Assembly (NCBI RefSeq): GCF_009914755.1 | Contig: NC_060931.1 | DNA from: the human T2T-CHM13v2.0 reference genome, Homo sapiens | Length of the DNA: 64,000 nucleotides | Strand: one strand, 5' to 3' | In this document: positions 28,903 through 44,288 of the stretch, in pieces | Position numbering within the stretch: position 1 is the stretch's first letter | Layout of the letters: the number at the start of each line of letters is the position of its first letter | Made by a program: the position numbers and the translations under genes | Notes under the pieces: generated by a model | What the model was told of the DNA's origin: nothing | The model's input: only the letters and a program-made list of their open reading frames with translations | Database searches by the model: none

Positions 28903-30052
28903 TAAACACATACTTGACCCAAGGACACAATTCCTTTAATACGGCTGGGTATGCTAAGCTATGGATCATCAGTGCCACAGTAAAAATGGACTTGTGTTTA
29001 TAGGTTGTCTCCTGGAGATTGTTGTGAATTATATGCATTTTAGGAAATAATAAACTTGTAATATGTTCGCCTGTGTGACTTAACGCCGTGTCAGCTAGAG
29101 TAAGTGTGCAGCACATCCAAACCGGACCTTCTATGGCTTTAATACTTCTGAAGACCTCTGTAAAGATTCTTCCTTCTCAGTACCCAAGTGCTGAAAAAAA
29201 ACATGTATTATTATAGGTCAGAATTAGCATTTTAGTCAGTTATTCTAGAAGTAGAGTAAAAAACAAATTTTCAGACTCACTTATGTATTTTTCACATGGG
29301 TAATCCTTTGAGTCAGGAAACTGGCTAGAGTTACATTCCATAAATAAAATGTTTTGATGATGATGCCAACTTGGGCATGGCCTTGTCTCTTAACTTAGGA
29401 GGAGGACAGGCAGACCTGGGGGGTGATGATTAAGTAAAATATCAGTCAGACAGATGAACCGTAGGACAAAACCACCACCAAGGGCTGTGGGGATGGAGAT
29501 GAGACCCTGGTCACCTCCCCTGGAGAATGTGGAGAAGACTTCACCCTATGGTTGATGGACATGTGGTCTGGGGCTGGAAGGTTCAGTGGGATTTTAGGAA
29601 GGGGAGAAGGAAGCAGGAACAGGGGAAACAGTTTGATCTGAGACACTGGTGTAAGGTTGGGATAATTTTCAGTGACATGGGGAGGAACACGGCCTTGAAG
29701 GGTGGGAGAGTGGTCTTCCATTCATGACTTACTGAGCCTGTCATATGTGTGATGCAGTGGAATCCACAGAGGATTCTGTCCTGGATCACACGCAAACCCA
29801 GCCTTCATGGAGCTTGTGTGTGGTATGGCGTGCTAAGTCGTAGACCCATTACTTAAAATGACTGTGTTGTTAAATGTCAACCGAGTATCATGGAGACATT
29901 CATGATGGGGGACTACTGTGGTCTAGATCAGCGGTGTCCACTAAAGACATTTGAAGACGGGCTGGGGGCCTGTGGTCTGACCCAGGCCAGGAAGATGTGT
30001 AGTTCAGAGTGAGTTGGGTATCACTGCTCTGCCTTGAACAGGTGCACCCTGG

Positions 30053-30617
30053 TGTTATGGGACTATCAGGTTCAACTGCCCGTTGCATGGTAACAGACCA
30101 CCAGTACACCAAAACAGCAGGATGTGGAGCAGACAATGTGTTTAATAATCATAGGGCAGCTGAACAAGGAGACAGGAGGAAACCTCAAATCCGCCTCTCT
30201 GAGGAGCTTTACATGGGTGTTTTTAAGGGAATTTTGGTTAGGGGGCTTAGGAGCTGGAGATCACTGACTGGACAGTGTGTGGGAAATGAAATCATAAGGA
30301 TGTAGAAATTGCACTCCTGCGCTGAGGCTGTTCCTCGGAGGGCATTTTCAGATGGGCTGGAGTCAGTGGGCCCATTGGACTGTAGGTTCTGGAAAATATC
30401 TCCAAATGGAAAATTTGAGGTTTCTTAACATTTAAGGTGTTACCTAGAGAAGTTAGGAGCATGTGACGGGGGCACGTGACTTCTAAGCAGCAAGCAGCTA
30501 TCAGAAAGTGGGCCAAAGGACAAGCTGGTTAATGCGTCACTGTGCTTCTACTTAAAGCTTATGCTTTTGTTAAAAATTTAGCAATTTGGTTTTATTAATT
30601 TTATGAGGACGGTTTCC
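30053..30617 (-). mobile_element. ERV1-class (MER4-group: LTR8/LTR26/LTR29/LOR1-like) solo LTR
   Basis: Minus strand starts GAAACCGTCCTCATAAAATT and ends TAACA; 4-bp TSD CTGG; CCTCAAATCCGCCTC block typical of the group. Confidence 0.75.
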
Positions 30618-31562
30618 CTGGTGAGCATTTGGCTCCACAGAGAGGGATCCAACAGCTAAGAGTCTGCAGTAGAGGCGGGATCCCACAGCTTCACTGATCA
30701 CCCCATTTTCCTGTGGCCCCACCACCATCTCTTCTCTTCTCCCAGGACCCTAGCTCGGGTGGAAACAGTGGGGAGGCCTTGGTCTCCAGCTCAGAACCCA
30801 GGAGCCAAAAATAGCAGCTGAGTGTAAATTTTCATTAAGACAGGGGATTAGAGATCAAAAGGGGTGGCCTCCCACTCTCCAGACCCCAACTCCTCCCTGA
30901 GTCAGCACCCCCACCTGCACCTGCACCTGGAGGGACCCTGCCTGCCCACACTCGGTGGTGGCCACAGCCTGCATCTAGCAGGGTGTACCCTGTGCCAGGT
31001 GGCAGGAGAGCCTGGAATGTGCTGTCAGTTCTCAGCTGATCTACAAGGGTAACCACAGTCAAAGCCATTTTAAGGAGGGGAAAGTTAAGTAAGGAAGAGG
31101 CCAATTAATGTGCCCATGAGGATGTTAACAAGCAGCCTTGGAATTGGAGCCAAGACAGGACTCCAGAGCCTGCATGGGGGGCCTCTGGGTGTATCATCTT
31201 TGCTCCAGCTGAGCACCGGCTTGTCTCAAGAACAGGCTACTGCATGGCACCTCTGCTCCCCTGGGGTCCTGGAAAGGTTCCCTGGTCTGGGGCATCTGCT
31301 CCCAGCCCTCTGGAAGGTGGGAGTGAGGATGATGACATCCCAGCAGGGCACTGGCCGACCAGCCTGCTCCTATAGCAATGCCTTCCTGTCCTCCTGCCCA
31401 CTGCCCCTTTGGGCACTGCTGGTGGCCAGCACTGGCGGCCAGTGCTGGCCTCTTCTCCCTGCTGCAGAGCTGCTTCCATAGGCGGACCTGGTCAGAGCTC
31501 AAGTGGAGGGGAAGCAAACCTTTTGGAGTGTCTTGGGTTACCTCCTTAAACATTAAAGACAA

Positions 31563-31894
<332 letters not shown>

Positions 31895-31901
31895 TTAAAA
31901 A

Positions 31902-32220
31902 TGCAGGGACATGGATGAAGCTGGAAGCCATCATTCTCAGCAAACTAAAACAGGAACAGAAAACCAAAGACTACATGTTCTCACTCATAAGTGAAAGTTG
32001 AACAGTGAGAACACATGGACACAGGGAGGGGAACATCATACACTGGGGCCTATTGGGGGGTGTGGGGTAAGGGGAGGGAGAACATTAGGACAAGTACCTC
32101 ATGCATGTGGGGCTTAAAACCTAGATGATGGGTTGACAGGTGCAGCAAACCACCGTGGCATGTGTATACCTATGTAACAAACCTGCACGTTCTTCACATG
32201 GATCCCAGAACTTCAGTAAA
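31902..32220 (+). mobile_element. L1PA (PA8-PA10-like) 3' end
   Basis: GGATGAAGCTGGAAGCCATCATTCTCAGCAAACT..GGGGCTTAAAACCTAGATGATGGG..CCCAGAACTT. Confidence 0.93.
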
Positions 32221-32414
32221 TTTTTTTTAGATGCAGATGTTTATGCACTGACTTAAATATTTAATAAGGCATGCTTTAATTTGTTTGTTTTTACTTATTG
32301 TTTTAAAAGCTAGAGTCCTGACCAATTTGCTTCTGCCTCCACACATTTTGTTTTTAGAGATATAAACTACAAGTATATCTCAGCAATATGAGGCCAGGAA
32401 AGAGATGCTCCGAG

Positions 32415-32576
32415 CATGCTCTGTAGCCGTGGCCCCTGGGCCAGCAGCATCAGTGCTACCTGTAGGCTTCAGACCTGCAGAATCCTAGGGCCCAGCCCAG
32501 ATGCACTGAATCAGACCTGTATTTTAACAGGTCCCCTGGGTGACCTGTAACCACATTCCACTTTGTGAAGTTCTGT
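32415..32576. mobile_element. MER5A-type MITE
   Basis: CCAGCAGCATCAG..GCAGAATC..CTGAATCAGA..TTTTAACAGGTCCCC. Confidence 0.65.
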
Positions 32577-33647
32577 TTAAAGAAGCAGGCCTGGGATTTG
32601 CTTACTATTCAGTGAAACTTTCAATAAAGCTTCTTTTCTCTTCCTCCGTGAACGGCAGTTATTTTCTCGTAGCAAGAGTCTGGACTACAGTTGTTCTGAA
32701 TCTTTTGAGTAGATATTGAAGGGGAGATACATGAGCATGCAAGCAGACGTGCCCAGTATAGCGAGAACCAGAATAATGAACCCCTGCAAAGTGGGAGGGC
32801 ATTTGGAAAGAGTGCACGCTGAGTTCATCCCCAGCATAAAGGAACCAGCCCGTTATTCTAATCTGATGAGGGAATTCTTCCTGACAATTGAGTGATGGAA
32901 GGAGGCATTTTAAATCTTTCCATGTGTGTCTCTTCTGGCAAGTGGACAGGGCTTGTGATGAATCCTAGGTCTGATACCAGGGTCTTTAATGTAAAAGACA
33001 AAAACATACTAGACATCTAGCCTATTAAACTTGAACTCCAGCCAAATAAGAGCTGATTTCCTGCTGCAAATCAACAAAAGACCTCCTGCACATGGAAGAC
33101 GACTCTGACACTAACACTGATTTAGGGCCAGGAAGCCTGCAGTTTAAATTAAGCTGGAGGATACTAGCTTTATATGAAAATGGCAGGCAAGTGTCTGTGG
33201 CTCACAGAACAAGTATGATATACTTTTGTTGCAAGACCTTTGCATAGAAAATCATCTTCTTTTAGAAAATAAATTCCGTTGCCAAGTTTTGTTTCCCATT
33301 CTACTCTGCCCCTTAATGTCCAAGGAGAATTCTCCCTGAAGTCCTTGAGGATGGGGCTTATTCAGCACATCATAGATTTATGAAGCCTTTGCCATGTGTC
33401 AAGCACTGTGCTAAGCCCAGGGGATTAAGAGCAACAGGCAAGCCACAGTCTCCCTCTGTGCACCAGCCCTGGCTCCGTGAAATCAGGAAAGCAGGAGGAA
33501 AGAACTCAAAGTGCACGCCTGGGGAAGTATCACTGCCACCTAAACCCTTCTTCTCAGCTATCTTCCCTATCCAACCACTAGACACACTGGTGTTTCTAGT
33601 CGTCTCAACTTGCTCTCTTTCTATGAGTTCCACAATTCTCAGTCTAG

Positions 33648-33797
33648 TAATAATAGCCAACATTTCTTGAATATTGTCATGTGTCATGTGATAAGCCCAG
33701 TGTGGTGTTTTATATGCATTTTACCATTTAATACAATGGCCGTATAGGAGGCACTATCTTTACCCTATTTTATTGATGAGATATTAGGGACTGGGAC
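33648..33797 (-). mobile_element. MIR relic
   Basis: AATAATAGCCAACATTTCTTGA..CCCTATTTTATTGATGAG. Confidence 0.55.
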
Positions 33798-33934
33798 AGA
33801 CACTCCTCATCCTGAGCCTAAGCCACTGCAACAGCTTGTAAACTTTCCCTTCCAATTCCAAGCTACTCCTTTCCAGTATATCCTGCAAATGGCTTCCCTA
33901 TTAATATTCCTAAATTATGATTTCGCTGGGTGTC

Positions 33935-35620
33935 TTTTCTCTTCCCAAAGATAAACACTATTTTGACACCTTCACCATCCATTCGGTTTGGCTTGCTTTG
34001 GAACCCTGTATAAATAGAATCATGCAATACATATTCGTTTGCATCTAGCTTAATTTGCCTAAGATTATGTCTGAAAGTCGCCTCACATGTAGTACTGGTT
34101 CACTCTTCGCATTTCTGTAAAGTGTTTTGTTTTAGGAATGTAGCACCATTTATTCCTTCTGCTGTTGGTGGATGTTCATATTGCTTCCAGACTTGATCAT
34201 TATGCACAATGCTGCGGGCACTCTTGTATGTTCAGTGCATAAGTGCATGCGTTTATATTGATGGTTGTGAGCTATGAACATGTTCAGCTTTGGTTGATTC
34301 TGCCAGAGATTTCCAGAGTAGTTGCACCAATTTATACTCCCATCAGCAGTGAACCAGAATGTCATTTTCTTTACATTCTCTCCTCACCTGCCCTTGGGAG
34401 GGGTGAGGCTGTTTTGGTGGTGGTGGTGTTTTTACCATTCTGGTAGGATCCCATTGTCATTTTGATTTCCATTTCTTAGGTGACTTGAGCACCTTTTTAG
34501 ATGCTATTGGCCATTTGGGTAGCCTCCTTAGTCAAGTACCTATTCAAGTTTTTTGCTCATTTTTAAATTGTATTTTATTTGCTCATTTTGTATTATGTTG
34601 TTATTGTATGGCTCCCTTATACTTGAACTACAAAAGTTATTTATATATTCTAGGTATGAGACCTTCATCAGATACATTATTGCAAATATCCTTTCTCTGT
34701 AGTTGGCCTTTTCATATAATATTTTTCACAATGGTGTCTTTTGATGAACAGAATTTTACAATTTTGATGAAGTCTAATTTGTTAATCTTTGCTTTTTTAG
34801 AGTTTTAATGAAATATCTAGTGTTATTCAAGATCATGAAAATGTTTCTGTTATTTGCTAGAAGCTTTATTATTTTACCTTCAACATTTAGATCTATGATG
34901 ATCCAGAATATCTTTTTGAGTATGGTGTGAGGTAGGGGTCATGATTCATTTATTTGTATATGAATATTGAGTTCTTACAGCCCCATACAGTGAAGACACC
35001 ATGCTTTCCCCCACATTACTGCTGTGAAACATTTGTGAGAAATCAGGTGACAGGTGGATCTAGTTTTGGACTTTCTATCTGTTCCCCTGGTTTGTTTACC
35101 CCTGGAGAGAAATCACAATATGTAAGTTACTATATCTTGTTAACTGGTAGTTTAAGTGGTTTAGATATCATCTTTAAGATTATCTTTATTATTCTTTGCC
35201 CTTTACGTTTTCATTAAAATTTTAGAATCGGCTTGTCAAATTACACACACATACTCACTCACATAGTGGTTGAGATTGCATTCTATGAAAGATTAAATTA
35301 GTAAGAATTTACATATTTACATTATAAAATTTTCCAATCCATGAATGTGATGTACTCCTCCATTTGTTTAGATCATCTTTAATTTCTCTTAACCTCATTT
35401 TAATGTTTTCTATGTAAGGTCTTGCTTATTTTTATGAGGTTCATTCCTAAGTGTTTGAGGGTTGGTGAGGCTAATATAAATGTTTTATTATTTTATTTCC
35501 ATTTTCTGTTTTTTCTATTTAATTTCTATTCTGTTCATTTTCTGTGTGTTTATATGAGTGAAATGGAAATACAATTAACACTAATTTTATATTGACTTTG
35601 CATTTTCTTAGTCCTTACTT
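33935..35620 (-). mobile_element. Old L1M (L1ME-like) 3' region
   Basis: T-rich antisense L1: GTTGCACCAATTTATACTCCCATCAGCAGTG, GTGTCTTTTGATGAACAGAA, TATGGTGTGAGGTAGGGGTC, TTTTAGAATCGGCTTGTCAA. Confidence 0.85.
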
Positions 35621-35782
35621 AAAACTTGGCATTTTATTTTATACAGTTTTGTAATTTTATTTGGATGTTTATTTTTCCTGTTCTCACAGTACTTAGCCCA
35701 ATGTTGACCAAATAAATACTTAAGTACTTGTGGATTTGTTGATTAATGATTTATTTAAATAACTTTTGTCCTAGCTGGGTTA

Positions 35783-35986
<204 letters not shown>

Positions 35987-37040
35987 TCAATCTTTTCAAT
36001 AGTCAGACAATTCTATCTAAGAAGTTAAATGTAACTGAATTCCATGGGCTTCTCAATCATTTCAAAAATTACAACTTTTAAAACAAAATAATAATTCCGG
36101 AAGTAGATATACACATTTTCCTGCAAATGTTTCTGTACTATGTCACATCTTGCTGAAGGTCATTTTAGTTAAATTAATGTAAAATGCAGACTGCATGAAA
36201 TAAAGAATAAAAAGAACAAAAGAATAGCAAATAGAAAGAATTAAAAAAACATGGGAAGGCAATTAGCGAATTTTGTTGAAATTTGACACTACTTAATTAG
36301 CAGCTCAAATTTCCTGAAGCTTGAGGCTTTACCATCTAGACAATATTACATTGAATTTTGGGGGTTTAAAAATATAATTAAAAGTTTATTGGACAAAAGT
36401 TTTACCCACACCTAGCACATCATAGACAACACTATTGATAAAATGAAATTAAGCTACTGTATTTGATTATCCTCATAATATATTTTAAATGAACCATGAA
36501 CAATGAATAGCTGACCTATAGTAAAAGCAAGAGGTTAAAGTAAAAAGAAATGTATCTAAAATGAAAAAACATACACAGTAGTTTTCTTTGATTTTAAACC
36601 AAACATGGATATGCCTGTTTCATTAATGCATTATCTTTAGAAAGTAATGTGGGGCTTTTTTTTTTTTTTTTGCAATTGAAAATAAGATTCATTTAATCAG
36701 CTATCGTAGTTCATCTGTTAAATTACAGCACTTTGCTGTCCATTTTGTAAAATAATCTTCAAACTAATGAAGTAAGGTCAATTGCATGCAATTTTATTCT
36801 AGCCAAATTGCTGTTAATTGCATCAACGGCTTTGGTAAGGTCAATAAATGTTGCCTTTTTACATCCTCTCCTGAAAATGGCAGAAAATAAACACCTTTTC
36901 TCTGTAATGTATTCAGGCTCGAGGCAACTCATAGCAGGTGGACTATTCGATTTTCATTACCTGATTTGAAAATGTTCCATTTCTAAAGAATTGTGGGAGG
37001 TATTGGAGTCACCAAAGCACTTTTAGCAAAGATATCTTTT

Positions 37041-37388
<348 letters not shown>

Positions 37389-38089
37389 TTATGTCAGTGG
37401 TGTCCCTCAAATAGAGACAAACTTATACTGAACAACTCAGAGTAGATTGTGGACCTTGACTTGTTAAGATTTTAATTTTTATGATAATCAGTCTAGAGCA
37501 GATCATCTGTTCTCCTTTAACCTGTCTTACAACAAACAGTAAATGTTTGTATGTCAGCTCAACCATAGTTATACTGTGAGGTATACCAGTTGGCTCACCT
37601 GCTCAGCCGTGCAGCCTAGGTCAGTGTAAGGAGGGGATATATTACCTGGACCCATGGAGGGTTAGGACCTCGCTGTGGCCTTATTCCTGCTGCAGACCTG
37701 ACCCAGTCTTTAGGACTTGATCACATCTTTACAAGCTTTATGCTTTAAGATATGCTTTTCTAACCATCTCAATTTGTAAACTGTGAACACTCTGTGGTTT
37801 CTGAAATGGCGGAGATGTGTCTGAAAGGTGTCATGTGCGCCGTATTACAAAGAAACCCTAAAAACAGCAACAAGTGAGAGATACAGGTGGAAGTAAGAGC
37901 AGTGGCTGGAGGCAGAGAGAGACTGTGGCAAGCGGATGGCACTCGACGTGTGGGGGCAGTTCCCTAGGACCTCTGGGAGAGTTGCACTTATCCTATTTTC
38001 CTTGCCTTCACATAAGGTCACAATCACTATTAGAGTCTGTTTGATATACTCATTACTAATATTGATTTTACAGTTCAAGAAACAATATT

Positions 38090-38431
<342 letters not shown>

Positions 38432-38899
38432 TAGTAGCCAGCTGAATTCAGGAAATGTGATGCATGTGCTGGTGCACATACCCAAGAAGACTGAAGACAG
38501 CATAGAAGGACAGAACAAAAGGCCAGTGCCAAGGGTGGCAGAGGGAGTCCTTGGTGCACTCTGGGACAAGCCCCCTGCGTGCTGGGTGTTTCGGGTGGTC
38601 TGTCTCCATGTGCAATATCAGTCATGTGAAGCCTTAACAAGGCATTCATTTAGTTAGTATTTCAGATTTGCCAACCCTGTTGGTGTTGGGATAAGGGTTA
38701 GAGATACAGAGAAGCACCCCTGCCCCGGAGGAGATCACTGCCTGGTGAGAAAACCAGGATGGGCTTCTACTCACCCCTTCAAGTCCTTGATGAAAGGTTC
38801 CTTCTGCAGGAGCCCCCAGCCCCTGCCTTCTGCTGTGTCCTGCTCCTCCTCACCTATGCTCCTGGCCCCTCTTCCCCTGCCTTATTCTTTATGGCACCA

Positions 38900-39075
38900 T
38901 TGCCTTTCCAGCTTAGTTTCAGTGGCTTGCTCATTTTCATTTCTCCTCACTATCACACAAGCTCCCAGAGAGCAGGAGGTCTTGTCATTTTTTGTTCATT
39001 TGTTTCCACCAAGATACTTAGAACAATGTCTGGCATGGTGAGCCCTCAAAAGTATTTATGGAGGGAATGAATGAA
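38900..39075 (+). mobile_element. L2 3' end
   Basis: AGCTCCCAGAGAGCAGG..CTTAGAACAATGTCTGGCATGGT..CTCAAAAGTATTT..GAATGAATGAA. Confidence 0.7.
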
Positions 39076-40263
39076 CTCGTGAATAAATGAATGTATGAAG
39101 TACTAATAGATGGGTGAGCATGGAACTCTATGTGATCAAGTGTAAAAGGCACTTTCCCAAACACAGGACTTAATGAGAGGCAGTCAGATAGTCAAACACT
39201 ACAGCACTTGAGTTAGAGAAACGTTTTGACTAATCAAGGAAGCCTTTCTGGGAAGTATAAATGTCTGCATTAGAACTAGAAAGTCTAGAACGCCGTAGGA
39301 AGGTACAGAGGACAAGAACGATCTCCTTGGGCAGGCAGAAATGATCGAGCTGCGAGCTGCCGGAGGACCGCATGCAGGGGAAATTTTGCTTTTCTGAGTG
39401 CTGCTTGGCTTTGAGATGTAAGATTTAGACGTTAGACACTTTCTAGCTCATTTTACTATGCCAGTAGTGATCCTCCCTTTCTTATTTCTTTAAGAATTGA
39501 AGCTGGCATGAATCTGTTTTCAAGCTGCCATTTAGAAGTTGGAATAGTGTGTTATATTAACTTTATTTATTCTTAAAATATCATCTTGGTGCCCAGGATG
39601 ACACTGCCTGAGGAGCTATCAAAGAGCCAATCCCTGTGGGATTTGTGAGAAAATTCAGCCATCTCTAGACCTCCAATTCCAAACCTCTTTCATCTCCCAA
39701 GACTCTATACTTTGATCTAACCTCTTGAGTGACTTCCTTCAATTTCTTCCTTTCACAGCAACAATTTCAGTCCCAGGGCATACACTTATACTTATAAACT
39801 ATTTCTGGGGCCAGCTTGACCTCAAACCCGTACAAGATGATCGTTCCAGACAGAGAAATTCTCAGGACATGAAAACTTTCTTAGAATGTGCTGAAATAGG
39901 GTTGTGAATGCGTGTGTTGCTACCTCTGAAAACTTGATTTAGTGCTGTCCAGCAAAAGTCTTGACATCCTATGTTAGTTGGCTCAGCTCTATACAAAGAA
40001 TCTGAAAGCACGGTAGAAGATGGTTGGCTTGTGTTAGGTTAGAAAGGCGTAACAATGAGTTGTTTTCTAAGTGACCAGCATGTGTGATTTATGACTGTAT
40101 TCCAGAAAAATTCAATTATATGAGATAAATAAGTACAGAGTTAGTATGGGGCTTCAGAATAACAGGAAGCAGCATAAATATTGCCCTCGCCCACCAGAAT
40201 TCATCACTGATGGCCTGCTCTGGCCCTGCCTTCTGCTGTGCATGGAATTTTTATTGAGCTTGA

Positions 40264-40569
40264 TGAGATTCTGTGTAATAAGATGCTGGATTCCGGGGGC
40301 TAATGGCCTACGAGAAGATTTGAGTGTTGAGATTCTGTATAATCAGATGCTGAACTCCATGGGCCAGTGGCCTATTGAGAAGATCCGTATAATAAGATGC
40401 TGGATTCTGTGGGCCAGTGGCCTATGAGAAGATTTCAGCATTGAGATTCTGTATAGTAAGGTGCTGGATTCTGTGGGCCAGTGGGCTATGAGAAGATTTG
40501 AGCGTTGAGATTCTGTATAATAAGATGCTGGATTCCGTAGGCCAGTGGCCTATGAGAAGATCTGAGTGT
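40264..40569. repeat. 64-bp minisatellite, ~5 copies
   Basis: Unit TGAGATTCTGTATAATAAGATGCTGGATTCTGTGGGCCAGTGGCCTATGAGAAGATTTGAGCGT; starts at 40264, 40328, ~40385 (shortened), 40442, 40506. Confidence 0.95.
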
Positions 40570-41089
40570 GCCTACTGGATAGTTACCTGCTGGAATGCAA
40601 GTTGTCACTGCAAGATTGATTTCTAGTGACAATAACAAGCAGAAGCTGACTAACAGCACACTGCCCACCATCTGCTCAAGATACCCAATAAAGTGTATTT
40701 GTTCCTCATTTTCTCGGAAAAGTCTCCACCTGAAGGTCACAGTGAGATAGACCACCACAGTGAAAGGACATTTGAGGTTTCTTCCTGCCTGCACTGGTGA
40801 TGACATCAGGAAACTTGTGAAACCACGGTCTTTTGTTTACATTAGAAAATGCATGTGAGATGACAGGTCAACATCAGCAAGGCATAACTTAACAGAGATA
40901 AAGGTAATGCTTTCTGTTGGTTAGAAAAAGCAAAAGTTTTGAAAAACACCTGAGCAAAGAAATCTTGAGAATAATTGCTAGCCAAAAAAAAAAAAAAAAA
41001 AAAAGAATTGGGGTCATAGGGACCAACATTGAGACACTGTTGTTGAAGCAGCAATGAATAGGTATTTTGTCCAAATAAAAGGACGTAAT

Positions 41090-41262
41090 TTAATCATTGT
41101 TAATGTATTGCCCATCATTGGTAAGCCCTCGGGCATACACTTACACTTATAAACTTATTTAATCCACACATAGCATTATGAAGGAGGCATTATCATCCCT
41201 GCCTTACAGATGGAGAATTGGAGTAGAAGAAGTAGTAGGTAACTTGCCCAAAGTCATAGAGG
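41090..41262 (-). mobile_element. MIR relic
   Basis: TTATTTAATCC..ATTATCATCCC..TTACAGATG..GTAACTTGCCCAAAGTCA. Confidence 0.7.
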
Positions 41263-41792
41263 GTATCGACTTATCGACTGCACTGCTGAGTTTAGGGTCT
41301 GCAGTTTGTCTGCCATGATGGCTCACATCTGGAGTGTCAGGTTCAGCCCTAGAAGCCACGTTGTCTGGTGGTGAACACTGACCATCTTGCAGTCACTGGG
41401 TCCACAAGAGGGGAACCACTGTGAGAAGGTGTCCTGTGACCAACATTGTTGAGGAGTATCTAAAGGGTGAATTCAGGGAGGTTGTGCTACAGCCTTAAAA
41501 ACACATAAAGTAACTCAGCGTCATCCTTTCTTGTTCACACTGGAAGAACTGAAGTCAATAGCTGGTCCTAGGGAGATGAATACCAATATGAGAGATGCAG
41601 GCTGCACAGACCTGGAAACAGCTTCTGTGGCTTCGCTCAGGAAAGAAGCCAGACAGCCTTCTCTCAGGGCTCCTGCAAGTGGGATTCCTGCCCTGCGGGT
41701 TCCCAGGTGAACACAAAAGTCAGTTCCAACTCTAAAATTATTTGTCATTCGGTACAACAAAGATACCACTGCCTCCCTAGCAATAGAGTTTT

Positions 41793-42109
<317 letters not shown>

Positions 42110-44046
42110 TAGAGTTTTAAATCCTTCTAGAAGGTACTCCCTGAGCCAACCTTGCACTCTCTTTGCACCCCATGGTTATTCTGATGAGGCAGCCATTCAA
42201 GGCCACCTGGGCTGGAGGCCTGGCTGCTCCGAGTGCAGCCCTGCTCCACTACATCAGCATCAACTGGAGCTTGTTTGGAGTGGAGACTCTTCGTCCCTGC
42301 ACCAACCATCACTGCAGTTTTGCAGGGTCTCAGATGGTTCCCGTGCACATGAAGGTTGGATTCCCACATGAAAGGCTGTCATCATAACCCACCTGGAGGA
42401 GCTTTCAGAAGACTATGGTCTAGGTCCTTCCTCCTCCCCTCCACCCATTGTTCTTGGTGAGCCCTAGGCATTGCCAGTGAGGGTTTCCAAAGCTCTCCCA
42501 GTGGCTACAGTGGCAGCCAGCATTGAGATGCCCTGGTATAAGGCCACAGAAGCCAGCCACAGTGACCAGCCCTCCTGAGGGTTGGCCATGAACTGATCTC
42601 TAGGGCTCTGTTGAGCCTTTTGAACATTGTTTAGAGTAAGAGGAAATGTAGTTGTTATAAGAAATGCTCAATGTTCCAGAAGTGCTATGAGTTACTAGAA
42701 CAGGAATTTTCAATGGCAGTTTTATTCCAGTTTGTCCCCAGTGCTTCAAGAGAGGGTTGGGTAGGGCTTTATGTGTTTGGGGAAGTTGCTGAAGAAAGCA
42801 GCTGAATAACTGAATCCTTTTACTTATAAAAAGGTTCAAAGTTGTCCAGCTGAAATGCTGAGGTTGGGAGCCTTCAAATTGAGGACCTCAGGGTTCTCCA
42901 AACAGAAGGCTTGCAAGTTCCAGGCTGAGGCTAGGGGAGCTGTCTGTGTCTGTGGCCCCCATGGGTGATTGGTCCCCTCTGTCTGAGCACGTGCGCGGAA
43001 AACCATGCTCCGTGGGTTGACAGCTGGTGGTTTGCTTATTTGCTTGTTTTGAAAATGTCTATTTTTTAAGACTCTATTGTAGCTGAATTTAATATAAATG
43101 CTTTCATTTGAACATTTGGCCATCTTTCTTTAGCTAACATGTGCTCTTATTTTTATTTAGCCTATTTTTAACCATTGAGTTACTACAAAACATTATCTCA
43201 GGTTTATTTTCATCTGTTACATGTTTTAAACTGTAGCCATCTGTGTCTGAAACATTTTTATCTGCTACAAGTTAATATTTTAAAATGTTATTAATTGGGT
43301 AATTATTTAGCTGTCTTCAAAAAACAAAAACAAAACAGCAATCCTGCTTTTCCAGCTAGTGAGCAGAAAGTCAGGGCGGTGGGGAGTGTGTTGTCTGTCC
43401 AGCCCTTTGCTTGGGACGGGAGTGGTCTCTTGTGCTTCCGTGCCCTGGTCTTACCTCAAAGTTACTTTCTTACCTTGAAGACCCACCATTAAATATAAAC
43501 TAATCAGCCTATATAAACACAAATATAACCAGTAAAAACAAACAAATCAAACTCATCATAAGTATAAGCTTTTAGAAAAGACTGTTGTCCCAACTTTGAC
43601 AAAAAAGTGGCATAGTACATCATTTGAAATTCACCATACTCACATGGATGATGTCACCATCCCCGCCCTCAGACTCATTGTCCATCTGTTAGGAAGAGGT
43701 GCACCCACCACAGGCAGAGCACAGCTACAGGCCCACACACACTTATGCCGCACTGGAGAAACCGACCTGCCAGCCCAGCTCATCTCCTTGTTTCTTGAAT
43801 TACCCAGTTCATGTATGAGAACAAGAGGAATGTGATCTGAAACTCCCCAGTTAACAAGCTGTAAAACTGCTTGACGCCTGCCAGGCTGTGCGAACAAACC
43901 AAGGGGCAGGAGGTGAGGGCAGGGGCGGTGGGGTGGGGGGTTGCATTCTGGAAGAGTCCCAGGGTTTCCTCTGCATCCCTTCGGTGAGCTTAGTCGCAGT
44001 ACCTTAGTCACAGCCAGGTAGCTGCCGTTCTCCCATTCCCAAAGGA

Positions 44047-44288
44047 CAAATGTACTAGGATTTGTTAAAAAGGGAAAAATCCTCTGCATCTAGAACCAAA
44101 TACCTCTCTCATCTCTTCCCTGATGGGAGTAATCATTCTGCACCTCGAGATTGACTTGATGTCTTAACTTTTGCATTGGATGATGTTACCTATGTTGGGA
44201 GTTACATCGGAACCGGCACAGTAGTTGTCAACTTCAGCTACATGGGAAAATTCATGGAAGAAGCTTGAAAAAATGTAGGCACCCAGCT
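44047..44288 (+). repeat. ~240-bp direct duplication, copy A (partner 45670-45914)
   Basis: CAAATGTACTAGGATTT..TGGATGATGTTACnTATGTTGGGAGTTAC..; roughly 80-85% identical by eye. Confidence 0.95.

Noticed and set aside
40264-40569. CRISPR-like array
   Set aside because: Head-to-tail repeats without unique spacers, primate context, no cas genes.
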